Notes: generated by a model not told the origin, from the sequence alone. Shown: positions 22,775 to 34,856, numbered from the stretch's first letter. The stretch is DNA of 41,139 nucleotides from Nemertoderma westbladi (GCA_032718475.1 JAUCBJ010008213.1:1-41139); one strand, 5' to 3'. Numbers and translations: made by a program.

Positions 22775-24413
22775 TCAGTTAGAATCAAGAATTGTATTAT
22801 TAACCACAAATTCCTTGCAATATAGGTAGCAGTCAAGGCCATTGTTATGGTTATTACCATTGTTGTCAAACAGTTCTGCAATTTCGCCCAGTAAACGTTG
22901 TTCAGCTTCTACAGATAGGGGAATATTGATGGGTCACACCAACAACAGATTGTTGTTCGTCCACTACAGGACCCTCCCAGTCTATTCCATAATTACTTAC
23001 TTCACCTGGCTCGTCCTCTATGGAGGTATCTTGAAGTCGACTATTTACGAAAATCTTTCGCGGAGTCCAGTAGTGTTCAGTGCGCAAACCGTGATTATTC
23101 CACCCAATAACGAATTCATTCAGTGCTGTATTGATGCGCTGCTTGAATGCCGTATGTAAACAATATATGTCATGAACATTTGAGGGGTCTAAATATTGAT
23201 TATCTTCAAGCCAGTGAAACAGTTTATAGTACACAATAATAACCGTTCGAAAAACATCCCTCCATAAACGTTCGATTCGTTGGTTGTGTGTACTTCTACC
23301 AGCTATGAAACTTCCCCGGTTTGTACCTCGACGATTTATCATATACTCTGCAACACTTCTGTTTTCACCTCCTTTGTCTCCCCTAACTCTAGAGGGCAAA
23401 CCATATTTATCAACAGCCTCTAGAAACAGAGGCAACACTGTCGATGCACAATTGTTACCAGACATTTGTAAGTAAGTAATTAGTCTAGAATGTCCATCAA
23501 TTCCGCCATGCAGGACTAAATTCCATCGTATGAGACTATGGTGTCCATCTATATGCCAAAGTGAGTTGGCCGCCTTTACGCTGTACTTTCGACGAAAGAC
23601 AAGCGCTCCCCATCTAGATGCGGATGAAATTGGATCTACCTCCTTAAGGATTCTATGAACAGCATTTAGTCCAGCAAATACATTTCTGCTACGAAGTATC
23701 GAGTTAACAAATCTACACCCAGCATAAGGGTATTGTTGGTGAATTTCTCCAATTATTCGTTTTAAATCTTCTTCATTAGTGTCGTGATAACGACGACGCA
23801 CACCCAGTTCATATTCTCGCACTCGATCCATTATTGTCGATCTGCTTACACCATACATTTTTGAAATCTGGGTCCATCTAAATCCACTTTCATGTAAGAA
23901 CGTGAGGATTTCCTTTGATATATCAAATTTCGGTCTACCACATCTTGACTCTAGATGAGTATCGATCGAGTTAATAGTTGGTACTTGTACAGCGGCAGTA
24001 GCTAAGGTTGTGCAACACGGACTAACTGGTATGGGAGTAGCTATTACTGTCTCTGAAAGTTTATTCAGATAAGTTAGATAATTCTCTCCTGCAGTATTAT
24101 TGTTAGGCGCATTTAGCCCATTTATAATGGTTAAACTATGTGAACAGTTCTCCAGTCTCGCTAATAAATGTTCCTTTAAATCTTGATGCAAGCGCATAGA
24201 ACTCGAATCAGTACTGTTCTCGATAAAGCGTTCGCATTCTTTAATTACGTCTTCCAAATGGTTCACAAAGAATTCGACGGGATCGTTTCCACCATCCATA
24301 ACAGTTAACTGTATTAGTAGGCCTAATAGTTCTGAATTAGTGTTTCTATAGACCTCACATGAAACAGCAGTAGCAGTGGCCAGTAAAATATACAACAAGT
24401 GATACGAATACAT
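22775..24413 (-). CDS. DDE transposase (rve integrase-core, IS3/IS481-like) with HTH; probable frameshift near 22935 in the C-terminus
   Basis: [25 protein letters not shown] (HTH); catalytic [25 protein letters not shown]. The called ORF ends at 22902, but a shifted frame continues [28 protein letters not shown] to 22775. Alternative start at ATG 24299. Confidence 0.9.
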
Positions 24414-24469
24414 GCTTTTCTTACGATAAAATATAACATAATAGATTCAATTATGCTGAAATGGCGTTG

Positions 24470-24560
24470 TAATCGCTTTTAAATATAGCCCTTACTTAAA
24501 TAACTATTGTGATTGGATGTTTGTTTCGTGTTGTCATAGAGAGCGCCAATCACGATTGTT
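24470..24560 (-). promoter_or_regulatory. Putative transposase promoter: two opposed CCAAT boxes plus TATA-like sequence
   Basis: Minus strand ATTGG 24550-24546, CATCCAAT 24519-24512, TATATTTAAAAG ~24487-24476, 60-70 bp upstream of the ORF. Confidence 0.55.
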
Positions 24561-25619
24561 CTCGTGAGATTATTTATTTATCTCGCGAGATTAATTATTT
24601 TCTCGCGAGTTTAATCATTTATCTCACGAGATTAATCATTTATCTCGCGAGATTAATTATTTTCTCGCGAGTTTAATCATTTATCTCGCGAGATTAATTA
24701 TTTTCTCGCGAGTTTAATCATTTATCTCGCGAGATTAATTATTTTCTCGCGAGTTTAATCATTTATCTCTCGAGATTAATTATTTTCTCGCGAGTTTAAT
24801 CATTTATCTCGCGAGTTTAATCATTTATCTCGCGAGATTAATCATTTATCTCGCGAGTTTAATCATTTATCTCGCGAGATTAATTATTTTCTCGCGAGTT
24901 TAATCATTTATCTCGCGAGATTAATCATTTATCTCGCGAGATTAATTATTTTCTCGTGAGATTAATTATTTTCTCGCGAGTTTAATCATTTATCTCGCGA
25001 GATTAATTATTTTCTCGCGAGTTTAATCATTTATCTCGCGAGATTAATTATTTTCTCGCGAGTTTAATCATTTATCTCTCGAGATTAATTATTTTCTCGC
25101 GAGTTTAATCATTTATCTCGCGAGTTTAATCATTTATCTCGCGAGATTAATTATTTTCTCGCGAGTTTAATCATTTATCTCGCGAGATTAATTATTTTCT
25201 CGCGAGTTTAATCATTTATCTCGCGAGATTAATTATTTTCTCGCGAGTTTAATCATTTATCTCTCGAGATTAATTATTTTCTCGCGAGTTTAATCATTTA
25301 TCTCGCGAGTTTAATCATTTATCTCGCGAGATTAATTATTTTCTCGCGAGTTTAATCATTTATCTCGCGAGATTAATTATTTTCTCGCGAGTTTAATCAT
25401 TTATCTCGCGAGATTAATTATTTTCTCGCGAGTTTAATCATTTATCTCGCGAGATTAATTATTTTCTCGCGAGTTTAATCATTTATCTCGCGAGATTAAT
25501 TATTTTCTCGCGAGTTTAATCATTTATCTCGCGAGATTAATTATTTTCTCGCGAGTTTAATCATTTATCTCGCGAGATTAATTATTTTCTCGCGTGTTTA
25601 ATCATTTATCTCGCGACTA
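24560..25619 (-). repeat. Right subterminal array, inverted relative to the left, roughly 50 monomers
   Basis: [CTCGCGAGATTAATTATTTT CTCGCGAGTTTAATCATTTAT]n is the reverse complement of the left unit. Confidence 0.97.
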
Positions 25620-25681
25620 AATTCAGAAGAATATCAAGGGGGAAATAAAATGTCGAATAAAAATACTAAAAGTATGCCATA

Positions 25682-28600
25682 TTTGACCACCTTTTCTAAA
25701 AACAACTATTTTAGACTTATATTATCTAGGTTAACATTTAGACCCCAAAATTCACAATATGATTCTAGAACGCTGATTGAACTTTGTAAACGTTTGGGAA
25801 TTCTAAAATAAGGGGTTCTAAAATAACAATGTCATCAGCGTATAGTAGAAGAAACAGACGCACGTGATAAATAGTGATACCCTGTATCCCACTCCCACTA
25901 TTACGTAATTCGGACTCCAGGTCATTAACAATCAAGTTGAACAATAGCGGAGACAGACAGTCTCCTTGTCTGACTCCTATCAGACATTCGAAAGAACCAG
26001 ACAGTTTTCCAGCACTACGGCCGCACCATTTAATGCTACTGTATATAATACTTTTTATCAATTTAACTATTTTTCCTGAAAACCCGAGACCTGACAGTTT
26101 CATCCACAAAGCCGTCTAACAAAGGCATGATCTATATCTGATTTAATCACAAATATTTGATATGCGGTAACTGTAAACTGAATCTGAAACCAGCCTGACT
26201 TTCAATAAGCACACCAAAACAATCCGTCCAAAATGTTAATCTGTTATAAACACCAAATAATTTTTAAAACATACAACAATTTTTAATTTATAAAACATCA
26301 ATTCGATGTCAGAAGTTTGCCAATAGTGCTTAACATCGTGACTCCCCGGTACTTCCCTGGGTCTAATCTCGAGCCTTTATTTTTATATAATGGGGAAATA
26401 ATACCTACTGACCAGGCTGAAGGAAAACAACCGGTAAATAGCACTGCATTGAATAATAATGTGATAATCGGTACCAACTGGTTTTATCCCTCAATGAAAA
26501 ATTCTGAAATAAGACCATCCTCATCTGGGGCCTTAGTAGTATAGGTTTGCTCCTCTCCTATACTACTAGCCTTACCTCGTTTCATATTACCAATTGCTTC
26601 CGATATTTCATCTTCCACAAGTGGCTGTGAGACATGAATCGAAAAAGAGTTTACTTTCGGCTAAATCTATTCCTGTGTCTCCTGATGGTACAAAACCGAT
26701 GTATTCAAATTTATTCCCACTATTGGATTTACTAAATTTTTTAAAATATTTTTCAAACTCCGAGAGTTACAGGAGAGAGGTGGTTTCACTTTTCTTCTGT
26801 AGATCATTTAATTTTCGCCAGTATCTTTTAGAGTTAGTAGTTTTATAATAATTTCTTAAGCAATTAACTTGATCCTCCAAAAACGGATATCTAGTCCACC
26901 GCTGCGCCGCTTTATACTCTTTACGTTTTGTTTGTACAAGTACAGTAGATTCTACCGTTTGCCTAATGTTGTTCGACTTTCGAGCACTATTAAAAGATAA
27001 TTTCGCTTTCCTGCATTCATCATTAAACCCAATTGCACCAGGTAAAATATTTGCATCACCCTGACAATTAGAGCACGAAAAGTTATTTTCTGCGACATCT
27101 ATGATTGTTTTACATAAAATATCAGATGCGCGTGTTACAGTATTTCCAGAAATATCACCCTCACAAAGTAGGTTGGTAATTTAATTAAATCTTAATTGCA
27201 CCGAATTTGATTCTAGAGATTGCCTAAAAGCATCGGCATGGTTAGGATGCCAAACGTATCGTTTATTAATGGGACTTCATCATCATAGGCAATGTAATCA
27301 AGTAGATTAGCTGTTCTAGAATTCAAATCATCAACTAATAAAATATCAGCATTGCCTATATAGGAAGCAATTCCTTTCTCAATTATATCAAACATTGACG
27401 CTGTGTCTCCACTATAACTAGTCGAAGACTCCGGTGGGATGTAAACACAACATATAAATACATCATTAGGTAAACCTAGAGAACTACTAATTTTAATCCA
27501 ACATAAGTCCTCAGTATGGGTTTGTTGTTTTGGCACAGATAAAAATAATTTGTGAGAAAATCACGGTAATAAATCATCACAGCCCCACTATACCGCTTAG
27601 CATTTGGGTGTTTGTATTTCCTATAAATATTTATAGGTTCCACAAATCCTTCGATTTCAATATTTATCATTGAGTTTGGACCTAGAAAGGTCTAATTACA
27701 TATAAAAAAAATCATATTTCTGGATGAGAGAGTGAATATCTGGTCTTTCCACATTTAAGTGTCCAACTCGCAGAGTCTTGATCTGTGACTATGGGATTTA
27801 ACCCACTCCTTGTTGGAATCAGTCAGTTGGTGAGGGTACATGTCCAGGCGGGTAATGGGTCCCCTGAGTATTCTTGACCTTCCACTCAGCAGACCCACCC
27901 GCGGTTTCTCGTTGAAATACTATCATGTTGTTATAATTAGTTTGATCACCTATTCCACCATTTTGACCTCGGCCACTACCCCTAATTCCTGTTCCGATTG
28001 TAGTTGTACCTTAAAACCCGCTGTTATATACCCAAGTGGTACTCTGATGATCAGCCTTGTAGATAGAGCTGCTGTTTGTCGGTATAGTTTCAGCTCCTGC
28101 ATATTGAATACCATTTCTATTTGTTCAAATGCTCGATTCTTTCCTCTGATATTGACTGGGGTCGTAGGAATTCGTTGATAAGTTCTGTAGTTAAGTCCAT
28201 ATTTGTTATGAAGGGTCGGGGAGGGAAGTCGATCTTTATTTATGGGTTCACAGTTGTGATAATTAAAGACAAAGCGATGTAGTCCTCTTCTCCCTGTTGA
28301 CACAATATTCCACACAGATGCTTGCTTTGATTTGGTGTATTTCTCGCGCGGGGGAATTTCCTCGTAAGGATCGTCTTCCCATCATCCAGATCCATTCCTA
28401 AGTATGATTTAAACATAATCCTCTTCGTTTGTCACCTTAGGTACTGTTGCATCTCTTGTTGGCTGGACTAGAGCAGAACCGCAATCGCGAGATAAATCAT
28501 TTAGCTCAGAGTTAGCATCAATACCGATTCCGTTTGGTCCAAATATATATTCTCCATTTCCCCCTTCTGGTTAAAGGAGGAGGAGGAGTACCTGTTCTTG

Positions 28601-29600
28601 TGATCATTGTTAAATCTACTATCGTCATAGGTTGAGTTATGGTTACTGGAACCATACCCAGAACTTGGTGATCCCAGACTCGGTCCAAAGCCTGGGGGAT
28701 ATCTCCTCAAGTAGTGACCAGCATCATCAACTTCCTGTTGATGTTGAGTTGGAACCCATATATTAAGCTGATGTAGATCCTTATCCAGAGTAATATCCAA
28801 TTCGTTACTGATATCCCAACCTGAGACAGGAACATTATATATCTTCAAAATCGATCCTCGTATTTCTGTATGTAGCCCGATCAAAGTCGCCTCTAGCTAG
28901 TCTAAATAGGGAATTTCTTTGCACAGTCAATTCAGCTAGAAAGTTGTCCAAGATCTTATATTACGTTCCAATGAGCCTCTCTTTCCTATCGAGAATATAG
29001 AACTTGTCAGAGATGCAGAGGAATTCAACTCTCACAGGTCTAGTTTTGCTCCTTTTGAATTTACCTTGCCAGGAAACTCTTTCAATCTGAAGATCCCCAC
29101 TACTTCCAAGGGATGTATTGAATAAGTCATACTCAGCATCCTCCAAGCTTCTGTATCGTGATTCGTTGAGGTTTAAAATTATAATGTTGTGTCGAGATGA
29201 TTGACGTTGTTGTTGGACCTGTCGCATCAGCAGAAGTTCCACCTTCTCTTCAATCCGATTGCACCTATCTTCCAGTCTCTCATTTTCTCGTTTGAGTCCA
29301 GCCAGACGATCGCCATGATCATCTCTCAAAGTTTTGAGACCCACCACAATGATTGGCATCAACATAATATTGTCGAGGTGTTCTTGGGTGAAAGTACCAG
29401 CAGTACTGTTGATGGCACTCCGTTCACTACAACTGCTAACACGCGTTCGCTTCTTGTTGTTCCGACTGGTTGACCCATCGATCGCGCCGTTATTATTTGT
29501 TTCATCATCTTCCGCCATTCCATTCCATACAAAAAGATCTGTCTTGTTTGGTTCATCCTTGTTTGAGACAGCTACTCCTGCGGCCCCTTGTCGTTTTCAG
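25682..29600 (-). mobile_element. 5' part of the same degenerate LINE (ORF1, APE endonuclease, RT); RTEX/Crack-like, clade uncertain
   Basis: RT: GVRQGDCLSPLLFNL..LLYADDIV (25765-26109). APE: RYSGAVMIYYR, ICCVYIPPESS, LVDDLNSRT (27213-27670). ORF1: coiled coil plus RRM-like RHNIIILNLNE..KTRPVRVEF (28961-29518). Many stops and frameshifts. Confidence 0.85.
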
Positions 29601-30161
29601 ATGGACCAGCTTGCTTTCTACCTGATTGGTTAGACTGTTAGTCTGCCATAACTGAGGAGCAAAGATTCGAAGATGTAGCCAGGAATAATCAGATAATGTC
29701 CAGTATGTCTGAGTCTGTATTATTAACCATGTAGGCATATCAGGCGGTCTGTTAATGTTGTGAAGAGTAAGAATTTTTTTTTATTAATAATAATGAGAAG
29801 CATCTGATATTTTATGGTAATTATGAGGATCCCATACAGGTTTGTAAAATAAAATATTGATGTGCGGTAATAAATGAGAAAATGGATTTACAGACAGTAA
29901 GTAAATATGAATGACTGACACAGAGATCGAATAATCATTGTATGTATATTACTCTTGATTGGAATGAGTCCATCATCCTAGGGGAGAATTTCTCATGATA
30001 ATTATGTTTAATTTATTAACGACTTTTTAATGAAACTTTGCAAGCTGCATTGCAGCATGCTGATTGTGGATTATATGGAAGCAGCACAATTAAACCGGCA
30101 TAGCAATCTCTATGCAGCTGCAATGCGGCATGCCTATTATAAATATATAGATTTAAGAAAC

Positions 30162-30648
30162 TTACGCGTCATTATCACAAGCGTAATCGCAACATTGTCC
30201 AAAAACGCAATCAAACCGATCTGCATAACATCCCTCTACATATAATTGTCGTGGACATTCAGATCGAAATGTGTCACGGTCATAAGAGCATGCATATCCA
30301 TAAGAAGTTGAATCTGTCCTAGGATCTGGAATAACATCCTTGTAAGTGCTTATACTTTCATCATAGTCACAACATTTTTCACAGTACCAACACCATTCTT
30401 CAACTGTACTAAAGGTTATTTGTGATGTCCCTTTTAATTTTTTCTTATAACTAGAACAGTTTGGGAATTTATCTGTTAGAATACTTGGGTCTGGGCAATT
30501 TATTGGGCAGGAGCAGCAACCTTGTCGATATTCTATGGGTTTCGATGCAGAGATAGTTGGAGTAAATATCATCACGAACAGTATGGCTTTTCTGACGATA
30601 TAACGTGTCATTGTGGCATCATTGTAATTTAACATCACTGGCATTGTT
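30162..30648 (-). CDS. Putative secreted cysteine-rich protein (16 Cys), main exon; family unrecognised
   Basis: From ATG 30611: signal-peptide-like MTRYIVRKAILFVMIFTPTISA, then a ~127-aa mature region with 16 Cys. Polypyrimidine/TAG acceptor at 30649; AATAAA at 30017-30012. Confidence 0.7.
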
Positions 30649-30725
30649 CTATGGGAAAACAAAAATAATGTAATAGGAACAAAAATAGGCTTAATATTAA
30701 AAAAAAATTAATTTAATTTATCTAC

Positions 30726-30812
30726 CTCGTTAATGAAAAAGCGAGTATCATTAGTTATGCAATACAGTTCTAGGTGGACGACTTGTTTTCCAAAAGCCTG
30801 AAATGTTTTATA
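30726..30812 (-). promoter_or_regulatory. Putative TATA box and first exon of the cysteine-rich gene
   Basis: TATAAAA at ~30811-30805. GAG|GTAGAT donor at 30725 gives a 77-bp intron. ATG at 30751 splices in frame (MILAFSLTRTMPV..). Confidence 0.5.
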
Positions 30813-31044
30813 ATATGTACACCCTCAGGCAGGGTTAAAGGAGATACAGTGTAAGTATACAATGACACAAACAGGTAAATAAAGTTTTATAAAACAATTA
30901 TGAAGGTTAATACAGCTTAGTAATACTACTACAATAATCGGCCTGCCGCATTGAAGCTGCACATTGAGATGCTATGGTGACTCAACTAAAATATTTCTGC
31001 TTTGCAAAAATATTGTCTTTTATTATCTCTTATCTCTTATTGTA

Positions 31045-31088
31045 TTGATGACTGTCTTGCTTGTGCGTACAAGCAAGACAGTCATCAA
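31045..31088. repeat. Perfect 20-bp-stem hairpin with 4-nt loop
   Basis: TTGATGACTGTCTTGCTTGT-GCGT-ACAAGCAAGACAGTCATCAA. Confidence 0.9.
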
Positions 31089-33794
31089 CAAGCAGAAATA
31101 TGATCGGAGCAAGTTTGTGGTGCTGCTTCCCAGTGGTTACAGTCACTATATCGTGCGGTTCTAGTTCCATTTCACTCTTCCTTTGGGATTTCTCTCTAGT
31201 GACATTTGCTGGCTTGGCCTCTTGATAATAATGTATTCTGAAGCGGGGTGAGATTTCCCGATACGCAGACTGCTGTCAACTGATTGCATGCAATAACGTC
31301 GAGGTCAGTTGCATTTTACATTACTACTGAGGTAAAAAATTTTACTCAACGTCCTTGAATAATCAAATAAATAATTAATTGAAATATAATATTTAATCTA
31401 ACAATATCATTACAAAAATCTGCCATACATTGTAATCCTGATGTAAGCAGGTCATATTCATACAATGACCCTGTATGACGGAAAATTTAATAAATTAAGA
31501 TTAAAATAAAGTAATCCAACTTAGAAAAAGTAGTTTTCGCACTTCCGGTACCCGTTGTTACGATTTCCAATCGCTACTCTATTCTGGGGTTGGGAAAAAC
31601 TAGTTTCCCTCGATGATTAAAAATTATTTCATTTTGCACATCTTCTACAACATCGACAATGGTATACAACTATAGTGTCAATCGAATTCAATCCATCTCC
31701 ATGATTTCTCATCTCTTGTATAATCCAGTCCCTGGCCTTAAGTCATACGTCTTACGCCCTTACGTCATTTTATGACGTCATAAAAATGCAAATAATCATC
31801 TGTGTTCTCATCATTTTTCCAAATCAAGACACAAACAAAAAAACAACAAAAATGATATTATTATTTAGCTTTTGATACCAGAATTAACCAAGTATAACGG
31901 TTTTACGATGAATCCAATTAACCATAAACCGATCGAAGCGAGCTATAAAGAAAAGAGGGCACAGTAAAATAGTGATATTGGTATGAACACTGAGTTAATT
32001 TATTATTAAATGTTATATAATGTTAATTAAATGCTATGAACTAAATGTTGTAATTATGGAATATTCTCGCACTCAATTTCAAAATTGCATTTGCAAAATC
32101 ATGTGCAAGAAACGATATCTTTCCGGCATCTGCATCATCGCTTAGTATTGCACTTCTTGCTGAAACAAGTAATCGTCGCCCACAGGATAGAAAAGAAGTA
32201 CAGTTAACATTATTACATGAAATAATTGTGTCTTTTAACAATGTAATAAAAACAGCTATATATGGCGTATAACGCAAAAATACCCTGGTAATCTTTACCA
32301 CTTTCACCACAATCTATACAGTAAATTAGTATAAAATATGTATAATACTGTAGTTGCCGTGGAAACTGACGTAGTAAATACTCAAATCACCACAAATTCT
32401 TGAGATTGTGAACAGCTCACGGACACACAAAACAAATGGCTATAAAAAACTTATGCTCAGGGAGCAGAAAGTCTACCCAAGGATTTTTACACTCATATAT
32501 GTATGTCCTACTGGGATTCGGTGAGAAATCCCGTCCACCCCAAAATTCCTACCCGGTCTAAGACTGGAGTAGTAAGGGATATCTCGAATGGACTTCGGAT
32601 TCGAATGGTATCAACCTTAAGAAGAGAACTTAAAGGGGGGGGGGGGGGAGGGGGGGTAGCACTGCCCTATTTTGGAAATTGTAAAAACAATTTTAATCCT
32701 ATCATGTGCGGAATTTAATAGAGATTTCAATCCTCAAGCAGTTTTCTAATGTATTTTCTCAAACTCACTGGAGCTGAGCAACAGATATGGACCCTTGCAT
32801 CAGGGGCAGCAGATGACTGCGATGGCCATACTGCCTTCACAGACGTACTGAGGAAGTGCCGAGAGGCTCACAATGCGTAGAATGAGTACCGGTACTACAG
32901 TACAGCGGCCAAGAATGCAGTTAAGGCTGCATCTAGGTCCCCGAACAGGCATTACTCTGTTAATCTACAGGAGCTAATAAACCAACAGGTTGATGCCATC
33001 AATGATGCTGACGACAGCAGGCAATCATCCCAGGCATGGAAATCGATCAACTTACTTACTGGGCGGAAAAGCCAACCAACCACCACGGTTAAGGCAGAAT
33101 CACCAGATGATCGTGCCAGTAAAGTAGATAGTGTCCCCCATTGAGGTTTTTAATATGCCTAAATATTTGGTGCAAATTTGGTGCAAGCAATTATGAGATA
33201 AACAAAATGTTAAAAAAAATTTAAATTAAATTCAAACAATTAAATAGAATAAATGGCCTGCAGAGGAAGCAAATACACGTAACTTTTGAATGGCCAATTA
33301 TCAGCTATTTCCCAATCAAATTCAAATATGTTTACATATTTGTAATCCTTGCACTGCCAGCTTTCTATTGCCACCAACAAATTACTATAAAATTTAAGGA
33401 TAACTGCTGGAACGAACTGAATGACTGACTGTGGAAGAACGACTGGTGCAATATCGCTGGAGACTCTTTTTTCAATCCCTTGTAGCTAAACATTGAAAGC
33501 GAAAATATAAATTCTGGCTCACCCACTAAGGAGCAGGTAGGTGAAACTAACTCCGTTTCAAATTTCATGCAATTTATTACTTGCATTATATGGGATTCCT
33601 GAGGAAATTTTTGCGGGAATCGTCGATGGTTCGACGATATTTGCGTCTACCATTGATGGTGACACAAATTAATTCGAAGTATTATGGGGAGTTCTCCAGG
33701 GTGGCCTACTTGTACCATTATTATTCATAATTGTGGTTGTCTATGTTCTACGCATATCCTTAGACAACCATAATGATGATGGTAACACCCCCTA

Positions 33795-34856
33795 TGTTGC
33801 GATCCTAGATGGTTCGACAACATTTGTGTCTACTGTTGATGGTGACACAGAACCATTTGAAGTGTTATGGGGCATCCTTCAGGGAGACACACTTGCACCA
33901 TTCTTGTTCATAATTGTGGTTGACTATGTTCTACGCATGTCCTTAGATCATCATAATGATGATGGGGTGATGATAACTCCACCTACTGGCTCCAGAAGTC
34001 GAGGAAATCCTGCCAAGTACCTAACTGATCTAGACTTTGCTGATGACTTAGGAGTACTCTCAGAATCAATAGAGGGAGCCCAACGGCTCCTCTGCTCATT
34101 AGAACATGCTGCTTCTAGTGTTGGTCTTTTTATTAACTCCAGAAAGACCAAAATTTTTACAGTTAACTTTGAAAGTTCTCAGCAAGTCTCTGATCGGATG
34201 AGCATAAGCTCAAAGGATGGTATGCTTGAGCATGTGGGCGACTTCTGTTACCTGGGATCATGGATCCGGAAGTCAGGTGAGGACCTTCGAATACGTAAGG
34301 GAAAGGCATGGGCAGCCTTGAATAGGCTTTCCAGGATTTGGAAGTCACCGAGAATTAATCGGAAACTTAAGGTCCGATTATTTAGAGCAGCAGTAGTTCC
34401 AGTACTCCTCTATGGGAGCCCATGCTGGGCTCTAACTGCTGAGGACACCAAATCTCTGGATGGCACATTCACAAGAATGCTACGCCGGGTTCATTGTGTC
34501 AAATACAATGCACACATCTCCAACCAGACACTATATAACATTGGAGGTGTCTCATTGCTTCCCCCAAGCTTGACACTATAATAAAATCGCCTCCACTTTG
34601 CAGGAAATTGCTTTCGCCGTGAGGATCAGCCAGTGCATAATCTTGTACTTTGGCATCCTCATAGAGTGAATAAGCATGGTGGACAGCCCATGACTTTCTT
34701 GAGACGCATCTTAAAGGACACTGGCCTTGAAGATGCGGATGATCAAGCAATTGTCATGGGTGATAGGGAGTTGTGGCGGCGCAATTTTGTCGACAAGCCG
34801 GCACAGCATTCTTAAAAATGCAGCTGCAATGCAGCATGCCGATACTAGTAGTAGTA
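33795..34856 (+). mobile_element. Younger 5'-truncated RTE-clade LINE with (TAG)n tail and 13-bp TSD
   Basis: GILQGDTLAPFLF..DLDFADDL..FCYLGS..VLLYG; tail TAGTAGTAGTA; TSD GTAACACCCCCTA at 33782-33794 and 34857-34869; one in-frame stop at 34579-34581. Confidence 0.9.

Larger units (their letters stand above)
18503..25681. mobile_element. IS3EU-like DDE DNA transposon, 7179 bp, with kilobase repeat-array TIRs
   Basis: Termini TATGGC...GCCATA; ~62-bp unique TIR identical except for one C; 6-bp TSD TTTGAC at 18497-18502 and 25682-25687; two convergent ORFs including an integrase-core transposase. Confidence 0.9.

Noticed and set aside
22902-24413. Bacterial IS3/IS481 contamination or a retroviral integrase
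   Set aside because: Cleanly inserted with a TSD into a eukaryotic LINE, paired with a HECT-like ORF, and lacking RT and LTRs.
27840-28315. Overlapping ORFs between LINE ORF1 and the endonuclease
   Set aside because: No recognisable motifs; most likely decayed LINE sequence.
33733-34581. 282-aa ORF as a single gene
   Set aside because: Chimera of the older RTE (to 33794) and the younger inserted copy across the TSD.
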